A stretch of 64,000 nt of DNA, from NCBI GenBank assembly GCA_964016885.1, contig OZ024743.1, forward strand, positions 265,918,001 to 265,982,000, read 5' to 3'. Under the pieces are notes generated by a model. The model searched no databases. It was not told the origin of the DNA and worked only from the letters and a program-made list of their open reading frames with translations. The position numbers were made by a program, and so were the translations under genes. Shown one piece after another: positions 42,869-55,774 of the stretch. Source of the stretch: Eledone cirrhosa. Lineage: Eukaryota. Every line of letters starts with the position of its first letter. The first letter of the stretch is position 1.

Positions 42869-42904
<36 letters not shown>

Positions 42905-43004
42905 TTCTGTGAGTGTGTGCGTGTATGTTGGTGTAATGTACATATATGTACCCACTTTCATGTACTGATACTAACATATATATGTCTCTATATATCCCGT
43001 ACAG

Positions 43005-43157
43005 GTGGGGACTTGACCGCGCCAAGTCTTGACAGATGGTGTGGTGTGAAACACCCTTCATTCATTAGTACGGGCCAAAAACTCATGGTTCAATTCGAAA
43101 CAGATGACTCCTACGATTACAAAGGATTTAAAATGCGCTACATAGCGAGAGATGTGT
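43005..43157 (+). CDS. Internal exon of the CUB-domain protein (C-terminal part of the domain)
   Basis: CAG acceptor and GTAAGT donor; the phase 1 start matches the previous exon. Translates GGDLTAPSLDRWCGVKHPSFISTGQKLMVQFETDDSYDYKGFKMRYIARDV (CG.....STG..L.V.F.TD.S...GF...Y). Confidence 0.9.
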
Positions 43158-43647
43158 GTAAGTATACCTGTTTCTTATGTATGAATGCAGGCATTTATTT
43201 ATTTATTTATGTATGCATGCATGTATGTATATATGGATATATATATGCATGTATGTATGTATATATGCATGTATATATGTATGAATGTACATATATGTAT
43301 GTATATATGCATGTATTTTATGTATGTAGTCATGTATAATTTTCTGGTTTTATTGTTTTATATTTCTCCACCAATACACAGATATACTTTCCTTGGAATT
43401 TAGAGTAATGTGTGTCTCATGTGTTTGTGTTTTATGGATGCATGTATGGATGATATTGCATGTGCGGATCTGTATAATTTGAATTATATGTTTACATTTG
43501 CATATATTATTATATCTGTACGTGTCTATATGAAGTTATTACACGATTCGCTTATGAAATGTTTGACATCATTTTATCGTTCCATAAACATCTAAAGTTA
43601 TAGGCAGGTATCAATATCTGCAGAGTCTTCATTATTTCAGTATCAAT

Positions 43648-43837
43648 GGCGGTGAATTGGCAGTATCGGTAGAGGGTCGGAGGCCATGCTTTCCAGCATA
43701 GTTAGATCCCTTTACGGTCTAAGTTCAAATCCCGTCGAGGTTAACTTTGCCTTTAATCCTTACGAGGTCGATAAAATAAAGTACCAGTAATGCACTGGAT
43801 AATTGCTGGCCTTGTGCCAAAAGTAGGAACAATTATT
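43648..43837 (+). mobile_element. tRNA-derived SINE
   Basis: A and B boxes and full body; TSD ATTATTTCAGTATCAAT on both sides. Confidence 0.9.
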
Positions 43838-43859
43838 TCAGTATCAATTTTCCTTTTCG

Positions 43860-46300
43860 CTAATCTGTAACATTTGTTAACACCTGTTCAAAAGCTGCTT
43901 TCGACTATAGTAGTTGCCTTCTCTTTTCTTCTGTGTATCACCATTTCTGGTCTCTTATACTTGCAGGTTATTGTGGATTTGATAGTAATATGCATATGTC
44001 CTCCACTACATTGTAACCTTTATATTCTCATGGCTATCCTTTCTACGGATTGCATTGTTTAGTGTTTTTGCCACTTATCTTGCTTAATAGCTAGATAATA
44101 TCGTGATGACATCTTTGCAGAGTTGTTTATAACGTGAGTTACAACCTCAATGACTACATCGGCTGTCACATCTAGGTGTTATGCCTGGATCTCTATCTTT
44201 ATCGTGCATCAGGTCTTTCTTGTTATATCCTGTTCTTGGATTGGAAAAGCATATCCTTCAACTTGAGAGCGAATATATCGGTTGTTCCAAGATTAATTTG
44301 GTTAACTATATTATTCTAACTTTGAAGCATTCTGAAATTATGGCCATGATTGATGTTTTGATTATATGCATCCAGTTTTTCATCCATGGATACGATACGG
44401 TAATATTATGCAATTTCGTTGGGTGGGAGATTATGGCAATTATGCAGGGTGTATTTCTCAAGAAAGTACTTCGTAAGACACATGATGTTATTTGCATCAT
44501 GTAAATATACCTGTTCTATGGATAGGCTTCTAGATGTTGTGGAAGGGATATAATGCAATATTCAAATAAGGTTTGGATTGATGTTAAGTTTCTGCTTCCC
44601 TGTTTATGTTTTGCAAATAGGTTGTCTAACGGAAATTTCCGTTGCCGGTTTGAACTTTTCGAATCACATCTAGTATTCAGTCCAAATGTTCGTAATAGTA
44701 GAGTTACAACAAACATATTGGAAGCCACTGATTTTTTGTCCGTAGTGAGTTCCATCATGATATATATATTACTCAATCCCTAAGTAACTATACGGTGAAG
44801 CAGTCAAGCCATTGACAGAGATATTGATAGATTGCCGTGTAGTTTTTCCTCGCTTTACAATATTATAGGAATATTTATGTTGGCTAAATTCCATTCCTAT
44901 ATATTTCGAGAATGTCGTAACAGTGTAAAAGTTTTTCTTCATACAATTAATATCCTTGGCATACACTTTCAGACCGCTACAAAGAAGCTATATCTTAGGT
45001 TACTGTTTCTGGCTTTGCGTGAACTATTTACGTATCATTCATATTTTCTCAGCATAAAGGACAAGGGTTTGCTGACAGTATGTATAGTATCACATAAGGA
45101 CTGTCTGCATAAAATATGCCTCAGTGATACAATAATTAATCAGTGACAATATAGTCCTCCTTCTCTGTATTTAAAGTCAGGATAGTGGCCCAAGAAGAAA
45201 ATAGTACATATATGGCTCTGTATATGGTATCAGAGACTTTAGCTAGTGAAAGTGTCTTCTAACCTCCAAGTGTGAGGAACATAATTAAATGCTTTCTCGT
45301 AATACAGTCAAACTATAACCAAGTTCTTCCTATTTTTCTGCACCTCTGACATTGCGGTTTTGTTAACTAGGAGTTATTTAGCTCACTCCAACCTGCTTTC
45401 CTACCCGGAACTTCATCTGTGATGAAATTGTTATTGTCAGTCATTCTCGAAGAATAGGTACAGTCAGCCTCGATAAATTGTATACATTAAATTCTAGCAT
45501 GTAGTAGATGATGCGTTCTTTGCCATGTGGGTCTTTGTGTTTTTGGTGACTACTCTTGTTACAGCTAATGCCAACCAGCGTGCTGCATGCTGGTAGAAGT
45601 TGATAAGATACATCCGATAGAATGTCAGATCTTTGTACCAATAGCCGAGAATCAAATCTCTTCCTGATGCTTTCTTATCCTGAGGTGTTTATTTCAAACT
45701 CTGAAGGGTACCATCATTGACGATGTATGTTGTTTTGGGTAATGTAAAAGCAATAGTTCCTTCGGATCCCATTCAACCACTCCGCATCTTGGTTAACTTC
45801 TTTTTGACACCTCATATTTTTCTCTATAAAAATCTGTCTTTCTGAGACGGAGCCTCAATGACATTTATTTACTTACTCCCCATCTCTCTAAAGACTGATG
45901 TTTGGTTTCAGTTGAATGGTTTGTTAATCATTTTCCCTACGGTCACTTTCTTCTGATACCGGAGCTTCTCATTGACAGGTCCCAATTCTTGTTTGACTAT
46001 GATAAACTTGTATTGAAGTGGTCTGCGTATAATACTTTTATATTGTTTGGTGTCGTCAATTGGCTGGACAATTTGGAAGTTCATAACTGGTCATCCCACA
46101 TCATTCACAGTCATCCCTATCCTCTTAAAAGATGAAGATTGCAGCCATTAAGCCGGTATTCTGTTGTAGATAAAATATCTACTCGGTCAGAGCTAATTTG
46201 GGTAAGGTATAGCTAAGAAGAACAACAAATATGGAATGTTCTCCTGCGCTATCAAGGCCATGTTATACCTAACGTAAAGTAACATTTTATTTAATTCTGG
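43860..46300 (-). mobile_element. Old R4/Dong-like LINE RT remnant, heavily decayed; boundaries approximate
   Basis: Manual minus-strand translation gives KASGRDLILGYWYKDL (~45660), TC*NLMY (~45490), LLVNK...KNRKNLVIV*LYYEKAFNYVPHTW (~45300) and IGMEF (~44900), in RT order. Confidence 0.72.
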
Positions 46301-47970
46301 ATGCTGACTTAAACAGCTTAACTTCTACACAATGGCGATGACTTTTCCATCGGGCTCGAATACAATTCTTTTTTAGCAAATGGATGAGACACAAAGTGTA
46401 ACAGCGTTTGATAAATTACAAAGCTATGACTAAATCTACATTATATTTTACTAATATAGCCGTTTAGACCTTTTTTACCGAGGAGAATTGCTATTATTTA
46501 TATATTCATTTAATATTCAATAACAAAGAGCGAATTGCTTCATATGATGTAAACAAAGAATATTACTTGAAACATACACGCAATTGTTTTAAGTTACATG
46601 TTTATATGGATTTGAAAATGAGTATATTAAATGACTCCATTAAATACTTATATATATATTTATGCATAAATAAACGATCGCTAACAAATTAAATATTAAT
46701 TCAATGATAAATGAATAATGAATTTAATAAAACACACATCATGTTCTCTTCTTTATATATATATGTGTGTTTATCTTTTTATTTTACATTTTCTATTGAA
46801 CTATATTACAGCGTAATATTAGTTTCATTTTTGTCTGAAATATTTTATCCTTTGTAACATAAATTTTTTGTTATATTTAAGCATATCGTATTCATTTATA
46901 AATCGTTTTCTAGTTTTAATTTGACATTTTTATTAGTTTTTTTTATTCGGATAAAAAAAAACACAAGAAGATATTCATGAGGATATTTTAAATAATGAAT
47001 GTTACATTTGTTAACATTACTTTTAGTAGTAAATGGAAACTTCATCTTACATAATTTACAAGTCAATGCTGGTTTTATTACATATAAATTGATGATAATG
47101 TGTAGCGATGCCAGGCGGTAAATTAGCAGAAGCGTAAATACGTCACACAAAAATCCGTGCGATATTGACTTCTACGCTTTGTATAAAAATCATGACGATG
47201 TCAATGTTATCCCTTAACCTTATTGAGGTCAATATATAAAGCATCAGTCTAGACCAGTGAACTAGTGTAAGGATTAGAACGATGGACGGGATGTGTTGAG
47301 GTATTTGTTCTAGTTCTTTGTGTTTTGAGTGGAATTCTCATGCATAGGTTGTAAACGTAAACTCTCACCCGTTTCAGCATCATCAATTAGCTACCTTCTT
47401 CGAACTCATCAGTCTCTCAGAATTTGGAAATGGACACAGGCATTGAATTTCCAGATTAAGCTATAATATTTGAACTAATGAAACATGTAAATCAGAATGC
47501 ATAAAGGAGAAATTGTATATGTTTATTTAAAATATATAATCTATGAAAATTTGAAAATGCTCATAAATTAATATAAGGTTTTAGCGAAATGTTTTATTTG
47601 ACATCGTCTTGTCTTGTCACTAAAGTCCGAGAAAGCCATTACATTTTCGGATGTCCATCTTTTCTGCTCATAAAATGGCGTTCGCCAATTACGAAATTGT
47701 AAAATGCTGTATTCAATTAAATGAAATGTATTAAATATCCTTCATGCCCACATTTGCTAGCTTTTGTGATTTAAAGTGGGTATTTTCATTTGGATTAGAA
47801 ACAAATCTCTCATGATTAGATAGATATTGGAGGTGCAAAATTGATGGCATTCCGTTGTCGAGTAGATATTTAAATGAAATGAATTAGCGTGGGAAACGGA
47901 GAGATATTGTGTCTGTTTTGGGGTTGTTATATATATATATATATACACACACACATATATATGTAAGTAT

Positions 47971-48018
<48 letters not shown>

Positions 48019-48019
48019 C

Positions 48020-48506
48020 GATCAAAAGTTTACCCGAAAATGGGAGAAATTAGCTAAAACCCAAAGCTTTTCCAGGAGCCAAAATTTTTGCAAATTGTGT
48101 AATCTTGAGATTTATTACATAATCACACCCAAGAAGAAATTGCTGAATAACAGAATTGAACGAACATTATTCTGCCGTCACCGAACTAAAACCCTTTTTT
48201 CCCACTACAAGCGGAATATTACATAAAAGAGGGACATCCCCCCAACTATATAGACCTCAATCTAGTTAGAAAAATATAAAAACAATTTCTTCTCAACATA
48301 TATATGTATATTAATAACCTCAAATTACCACACTAATAATGGAAAGATATGCTGATGAGAATAGGTGCAAAAATGCGATAATGAATGTGTCTAAAAGCGA
48401 CCATAAGAATGTATATATATGTGAAAATGTATATAAATAAGTAAATATATATATATGTTTGATGTGTATAGTTAGATGTAAGTGTATACATGTATTAAAG
48501 TGCTTA

Positions 48507-48537
<31 letters not shown>

Positions 48538-49200
48538 AGATATAGATATATATGTATATATATGCACATAGACTAGAGTATGTATGTATATATGTGTGTG
48601 TCTATACGTGTGTATATAAAGATAAGTTGAGTATGAAAATGTATACACATGAACGCGTATGTATGTACATGAATACATGTGTGTGTATATATATGTATGC
48701 ATGTGTATATGTATGTAAGTATGAACATGTTACTATGTGAATGTGAGTATATGTATTTTGTAGAGGTGTGCAAATATGTTTGTGTGTGAATGCGTGGGTG
48801 AAAGGATACGTACACTTGAAAGAAAAATTTAAGTCTGAATGTTAATTAAGTGCAAACACAAAACCAACCACGCATATCTTTACTATCTCTAATCCCTCTA
48901 TAGATTTAGAAAAATAACCAATAATATATTCTATAAAAATGTCAAAACAACAGATGGGAATCTAATTAGTCACTGCCACCAAAAATTCTCACTGCTATCA
49001 AAAACCACTCCCTCAACTATTCTTCTAACAACTTCACCCCTCTCTCCTAATATTCTCTATGAAAACCAAACAGGTCCTCAGTAATATTATTCTGATGAAA
49101 TGACAGTAAATAATAACATTGAAAATATTGAATGTCTACATAACTAAAACTTTGTAGATAGCAGCTGTTTTCAGGTTATGTAACTGTTATAGAAACACGT
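48020..49200 (+). mobile_element. 5'-truncated PLE: GIY-YIG C-terminus plus 3' non-coding region with a degenerate hammerhead at 49086-49135
   Basis: KWEKLAKTQSFSRSQNFCKLCNLEIYYII...LLNNRIE...CRHR resembles the PLE end at 573-890. CUGAUGA-AAUG..CAUU-GAAA-AUAUUG follows downstream. Confidence 0.65.
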
Positions 49201-49242
49201 GTCGATAAACTCCTTTCAACTAAACTGTATCCATTCAAATCT

Positions 49243-49343
<101 letters not shown>

Positions 49344-49410
49344 AAAATATGAAATCGAAAATGCAACTGGAGTATTATTTTTTTTTTAAATATATATATT
49401 TATTTGGTTC

Positions 49411-49444
49411 CTTTACCGGTTTCGCAGCTTCTGCTTTTCAAAAG
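49411..49444 (-). ncRNA. Minimal hammerhead motif, U3-A8 core variant (second, degenerate copy at 51380-51414)
   Basis: CUU-UUGAAAA-GCAG AAG CUGC-GAAA-CCGG-UA|AAG with palindromic stem III ACCGGU, inside a ~135-bp direct repeat (49349-49478, 51318-51447). Confidence 0.55.
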
Positions 49445-49589
49445 TAGAGTTGAGATGGAGGGTCTGTGGTTTTTCTCACATACACACATATATATATATA
49501 TATAGCAACAAGTAAGACCCTGACGGCTGAGCTCAAGCCGTCTCGACGGCTAATTCTGGTCCACCTGGTTCCTTACCACATTTCCTTCG

Positions 49590-49762
<173 letters not shown>

Positions 49763-49826
49763 CGTATATACATATGTATATGTATATGTATATGTATGTA
49801 TATGTATATGAATATGTATATATATG

Positions 49827-50009
<183 letters not shown>

Positions 50010-50226
50010 TTTCTGAATTTGTTTAGCAAGATTCTTTATCTGAAATCGTGTGTTGAAACCGATATTGTTATACTTTGGGAGGGTCATGTTGCCAATAAGA
50101 AACACACGCACCATATGATTCACTTCAATTTATTATATATTTATAAATTTATAAATTTACAAATCTACAAACTTATACATTTCTGGTTGGTTGGTTGGTT
50201 CCACAACCAGATAGTTGTTTATATAT

Positions 50227-50271
50227 AGTCATAGTCCTTTCGTCACACACTCTGTGACCTCTTCAGTGACT
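50227..50271 (-). ncRNA. Minimal type I hammerhead motif
   Basis: AGUCA-CUGAAGA-G-GUCACA GAGUG UGUGAC-GAAA-GGAC-UA|UGACU. Confidence 0.7.
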
Positions 50272-50415
50272 GGGGATTCCTTTATTTGTTTCTGTGCCTT
50301 TCCTTCTAAGTTGTGATGTTGCTGTTCCACTCATATTTTCTATTTAATTTTGGTTGTAATTCTTTTATGCTTACTGCCTCTGTTTCTTATTGGCAACATG
50401 ACCCTCCCAAAGTAT

Positions 50416-50531
<116 letters not shown>

Positions 50532-50543
50532 ATGTATATATAT

Positions 50544-51151
50544 GTCAGGTCACCAGTTGGTGCTACTGGTAACATGTATCCCAGTACAACCTGTCCCATG
50601 GTCGGGTCGTTGGCGACTAAACTGGCAACCCCACCAAGGTTTCTTGGTGAGGAGGGTGACTTTGGACATCCTGCAGGACTAAAAACAAAACCTGTCAAAG
50701 GGCAAAGGAGCTCTTAAGAGTCAATGGCCATCCAAAATCACCGGGAGAGATGACCCCTTAGCCTTTGTCAAGGCAGCATTCTAGGAGAAGGAAAACTCTG
50801 ATATAACACCTGCAACCCTGATGGTATCCAATGATGTTGACTTGTTCTTCTTTTTGGTAAATATCATCTTGGTTAAGAGAGTGGGACTGGCTTTGTGCAG
50901 TGCCTTTGCTCACTATAAAAGCTTCACGGCACAGGCATTGCTTTATATCTGGAGATCTCTCTGCACTTGTCGTCACATGGTACCATGGGCCCAGCACTAT
51001 GTGTCAGTAATTGTCACAAGTGTAGTGTTTGTACCAGAGTTTTCAAGTCGCTGGCTGGACTAAAAAGTCACACTCGTTCAGCGCATCGGTAGGGGTTCTC
51101 CTACATGGATATAAAGTAGTGGCCGTACTCGAAAACGAGTTGGCAGCCACC
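50544..51151 (+). mobile_element. ~610-bp non-autonomous element, RTE-LINE-like UTR derivative, copy 1
   Basis: Near-identical to 59825-60432. Contains CTAGGAGAAGGAAAACTCTGA, which I recognise from RTE-clade 5' UTRs. No real ORF; flanked by (TATG)n/(TA)n. Confidence 0.65.
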
Positions 51152-51156
51152 ATATG

Positions 51157-51187
<31 letters not shown>

Positions 51188-51192
51188 GTATG

Positions 51193-51223
<31 letters not shown>

Positions 51224-51442
51224 GTATTTGTGTATGTGTGTGTATATATATATACACACACACATATATATGTATATATGTATGTGTATATATATATATA
51301 TATATATAGAAACAAAGATGAAATCGAAAATGCAACTGGAGTCTTATTTTTTTTTTAAATATATATATTTATTTGGTTCCTTTACCGGTTTCGTAGTTCT
51401 TCTGCTTTTCAAAAGTAGAGATGAGATGGAGGGTCTGTGGTT

Positions 51443-51491
<49 letters not shown>

Positions 51492-51639
51492 GATTTTGAG
51501 TTTATGTTGGTTGTATACCAACACCTCAGTATGCAGGCTGGAGCACTCGACGAAGTGCGCAGGTTGGTTTGGTTACTCCGGAGTAGTGTAAAATAAAGTT
51601 AAATAAAAGTCAAATGATTAAAATTTAGCTTCGTTTATT

Positions 51640-51694
51640 ACTGCTATATATATTTCAGTGACAGCCATCTTTGGCTGTGACCTCTTCAGGCAGT
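51640..51694 (-). ncRNA. Minimal type I hammerhead ribozyme (left arm of the palindrome)
   Basis: ACUGC-CUGAAGA-GGU C ACAGCCA AAGA UGGCUGU C ACU-GAAA-UAUAUAUA|GCAGU. Confidence 0.8.
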
Positions 51695-51924
51695 TTGAAT
51701 TAGTATGGTATAGACAAGTACATATGTTGTTTAGGTGTATGATATTGTCAATACTCTGATATGCCCAGTTCCTTGTTGGGTTGTTAATTCACTGGGGAAC
51801 TGGAGTCATATGACTCCAGTTCCCCAGTGAATTAACAACCCAACAAGGAACTGGGCATATCAGAGTATTGACAATATCATACACCTAAACAACATATGTA
51901 CTTGTCTATACCATACTAATTCAA

Positions 51925-51979
51925 ACTGCCTGAAGAGGTCACAGTCAAAGATGGCTGTCACTGAAATATATATAGCAGT
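51925..51979 (+). ncRNA. Minimal type I hammerhead ribozyme (right arm of the palindrome)
   Basis: ACUGC-CUGAAGA-GGU C ACAGUCA AAGA UGGCUGU C ACU-GAAA-UAUAUAUA|GCAGU; predicted cleavage after 51974. Confidence 0.8.
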
Positions 51980-52023
51980 AATAAACGAAGCTAAATTTTA
52001 ATCATTTGACTTTTATTTAACTT

Positions 52024-52099
<76 letters not shown>

Positions 52100-52410
52100 G
52101 TATATATATATGTATATGTATATGTATATATATATATGTATATGTATATATATACGTATATACATATGTATATGTATATGTATATGTATGTATATGTATA
52201 TACATGTATTTATATGTATATGTATATATATATGTATATACATATGTATATGTATATGTATATATATATGTATATATATTTATATATACATATATATATA
52301 TATTTATTAAAATAACAGATTAAAGTCTAGGATTCTTATATATTTGATATATATTTATCCTTATGGAACCCTCTTTGGATTTTCGTCTTCACATTTATTA
52401 TTATTACTAT

Positions 52411-52465
<55 letters not shown>

Positions 52466-52469
52466 TTAT

Positions 52470-52509
<40 letters not shown>

Positions 52510-52561
52510 CCTTATGGAACCCTCTTTGGATTTTAGTCTTCACATTTATTATTATTACTAT

Positions 52562-52668
<107 letters not shown>

Positions 52669-52669
52669 A

Positions 52670-52711
<42 letters not shown>

Positions 52712-52765
52712 TGTATGTATATGTATATATATATACATGTATATATATATACATGTATGTATATG

Positions 52766-52884
<119 letters not shown>

Positions 52885-52887
52885 GTA

Positions 52888-52936
<49 letters not shown>

Positions 52937-53715
52937 GCATACACATACACAAATACATATATATATATTTATACTATGGGAGGGTCATGTTGCCAATAAG
53001 AAACACACGCACCACATACTTTCCCTTCAATTTATTATTGGCAACAGGACCCTCCCAAAATATAACAATATCTGTTTCAACACACGTTTTCAGATAAAGA
53101 ATCTTGCTAAACAAATTCAAAAAACGAAATATATATATATATATAAATACATTATCGGAGAAAGCTAATAGCGATACTCCGGCCAAATCCCAACTCACAC
53201 AACAAACATTAGGAAATAAGTGAGTATATTCCTAATTAAACGTTCGGTGTGCTAACTAATTGTATTGTGTGGAAAATTGGCTGTATTATTTCACATGAGA
53301 TATATCATATATATATATATGTATACCATTTATGCCATGTTGCTTACCAATGGGTAGAACTGGTGATTACAGGCAGTAGAAGCGGATGCAGTAGATTAAA
53401 GCATACGACGTATTGCAGTTCATTCGTTTGGAATATGGTATCCACTGGCTGGCGAAAGAATAGAGTTAAATATTCCTTAAAAACAACAGAAGGCCAAACT
53501 GGATTCCTTTTAGAACGAATATTGTCTAATTCTGCAATCAACACCCGATAAAATCATCTACGTAATGAACCATGCCCGAATGACAAAACTGGGCCATTGA
53601 AATATGTATTGTGTTTCCATAGGATTAACATTTTTATATGAATTCTAAGGAAAGTTTCCAATCCGGCCTTCTGTTGTTTCTGATGTATATGATGTATATA
53701 TTGTTTATATCTATA

Positions 53716-53756
<41 letters not shown>

Positions 53757-54454
53757 GCGCGCATGTGTGGGAGGAGGGGCGTGTGTGTGAATGTATATTT
53801 AGTAGCAATGAGCCTTAGAAATTATAGAAATGATTAACATATATATATAAATATACATATATATTTTGCAGCATTCCTCTGTGGCCCTGGAAAATTTTTG
53901 AAAGCAGAAATAGAAGACAGAAAATATCTAGTTTCTCCAAATTTATTATCTCCCCTCTACAGGTAATGTGTGTCTTACAATTATTTTGGTTTTCTTTCAT
54001 GAATTGTCTTAAAAATATTGTTGCTGAAATATCATAACATTTTCTGTTTCAACTTTTATAATAAAAATTGACCTATAATAAACAGAGTAAAATGTTCAAC
54101 TTACAATTAGTATGCGGTTTATCCTCGGAGTTTAAATAATAATATTGAAACGAAGTTATCGGAATAATCCATGTATCTCCGACCGTTTTCTCACTCATTC
54201 AATGCTGTAATTAAACCGGCATCATTAAGATGCCAACCAAAAAAGGAAAGCAGAGCGCACACTAATACGTTAAATAGGGAGAGAAACACATGTATATATA
54301 TGTGTGTGTGCGTGTGTGGGAGTGTGTGTGTGCGCGTGTATGTATGTGTGAGTGTGTGTGTGTGCATGTGTGTATGTAAAAGGTAAAAATAAATAACAAA
54401 GCAAACAACCCAGTACATTGTAGAAATATATTACTTTAACGCTTGACGTAGTAG

Positions 54455-54504
54455 AAAATGTCTTAACGTTTCGGACACTAGTCCTTCATCAGCAGATGCA
54501 TTTT
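54455..54504 (-). ncRNA. Minimal type I hammerhead motif, imperfect stem I
   Basis: AAAAUG CA UCUG-CUGAUGA-A-GGAC UAGU GUCC-GAAA-CGUU-AAGA CAUUUU; palindromic AACGUU stem III. Confidence 0.6.
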
Positions 54505-54625
54505 AGAATAGACGATAACATAGAAAGATAAAGAGTGAGAAAAGGAAACATCGATGAAGAAAATGAGGTAAAAGAGGGAAAAAACACATTCAGTTAGCCA
54601 TGTTGGTGTTTTATACATATATATA

Positions 54626-54759
<134 letters not shown>

Positions 54760-54845
54760 GTTGTGTATAGTGGTAGCTATGGTGCTTCCATAGGCGGTAT
54801 GCCAAAATTACCACTCGATATTCATCAGAGTAGAGTAGAGATACT

Positions 54846-55102
54846 ATAAAGAAAACGAAAAATCAGTGATGCATCTGGACTTAGTTTATTTCGTGTTACA
54901 AATGTTTCGCCGACATGGAGCTCGAGTCATGGTCCTTGTATGTGATCTGGCGGATTCTACTTCTGCGGGTTCTTTCAGACACGGGTGTTACGTCCGGAGC
55001 AAATTTTATCACATACAAGGACCATGACTCTAGCTACATGCCGGCGAAACATTTGTAACACGAAATAAACTAAGTCCAGATGCATCACTGATTTTTCGTT
55101 TT

Positions 55103-55109
<7 letters not shown>
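54846..55109. repeat. Inverted repeat, ~100-bp arms with a ~60-bp spacer
   Basis: TATAAAGAAAACGAAAAATCAGTGATGCATCTGGACTTAG... recurs reverse-complemented at 55008-55109. Confidence 0.85.
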
Positions 55110-55174
<65 letters not shown>

Positions 55175-55177
<3 letters not shown>

Positions 55178-55716
55178 TGTACGCAACAACGCAGCACGCC
55201 ATTTTCATTCACATATATTTTTTCTGCCACCTTACTGCTATCCTCTTTCTCTCTCCCCCTTCTCTCTCCTTTACCTCTTCCTTTCTTTCACCACCGCTGC
55301 TGGTCACACACTCTCGGCTGGTCTCCTCCTCACACTTTCCCTCACTCACTCTCTGCTATTCCCCCTCTCTCACTTACTCCCGTCTAACCTGTGTGAAATT
55401 CTTTCCTCTCTCACTTTTCGCGTGGCTCAGATGTGTCTGCCTCTTCTCGTCATTTGATGTGTTCGGACTTAAGTCCAGAAGATTCTTTGACTTGTCTCTC
55501 TCTCTTCCCCTCTTTACGTTGCATTACTACCATGTCTTTGTTTACTTTCCTCTGTCCCGATAACTTAATTTAGTTATCGCTTGCACTGAATTTAGGTATC
55601 TAGTCTTTACTGCGAAGAAATACCAATGATAAACAGCAGACTACTGATGATGGACATTCATGTTTCTCGGTCTACTTTCATTTATATGTTCATATTCGTA
55701 ACGACGCAGCACGCTC
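55175..55716 (+). mobile_element. Diverged relative of the 745-bp unit, ~515-bp monomer with short terminal redundancy
   Basis: Direct repeats CG(C/T)AAC(A/G)ACGCAGCACGC at 55182-55199 and 55697-55714. Blocks collinear with the minus strand of 31089-32790 (CACATATATTTTTT, ACCTGTGTG.AATTCTTT, GACTTGTCT, TGTCCC). Confidence 0.75.
55595..55656 (+). ncRNA. Candidate non-circularly permuted hammerhead ribozyme, diverged family 2
   Basis: GGUAU-C|UAGUCU-UUACUGCGAA-GAAAUACC-13 nt-AGACUA-CUGAUGA-UGGACA. Spacing is identical to 31103-31164, with compensatory stems. Confidence 0.75.
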
Positions 55717-55717
55717 T

Positions 55718-55774
<57 letters not shown>

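Larger units (their letters stand above)
51589..52030. repeat. Near-perfect 442-bp spacerless palindrome
   Basis: Centre CAT|ATG at 51809/51810; one mismatch seen between the arms. Confidence 0.95.

Noticed and set aside
47375-47420. Minus-strand CUGAUGA...GAAAC
   Set aside because: No stem I complement or NUH site in the right place; probably chance.
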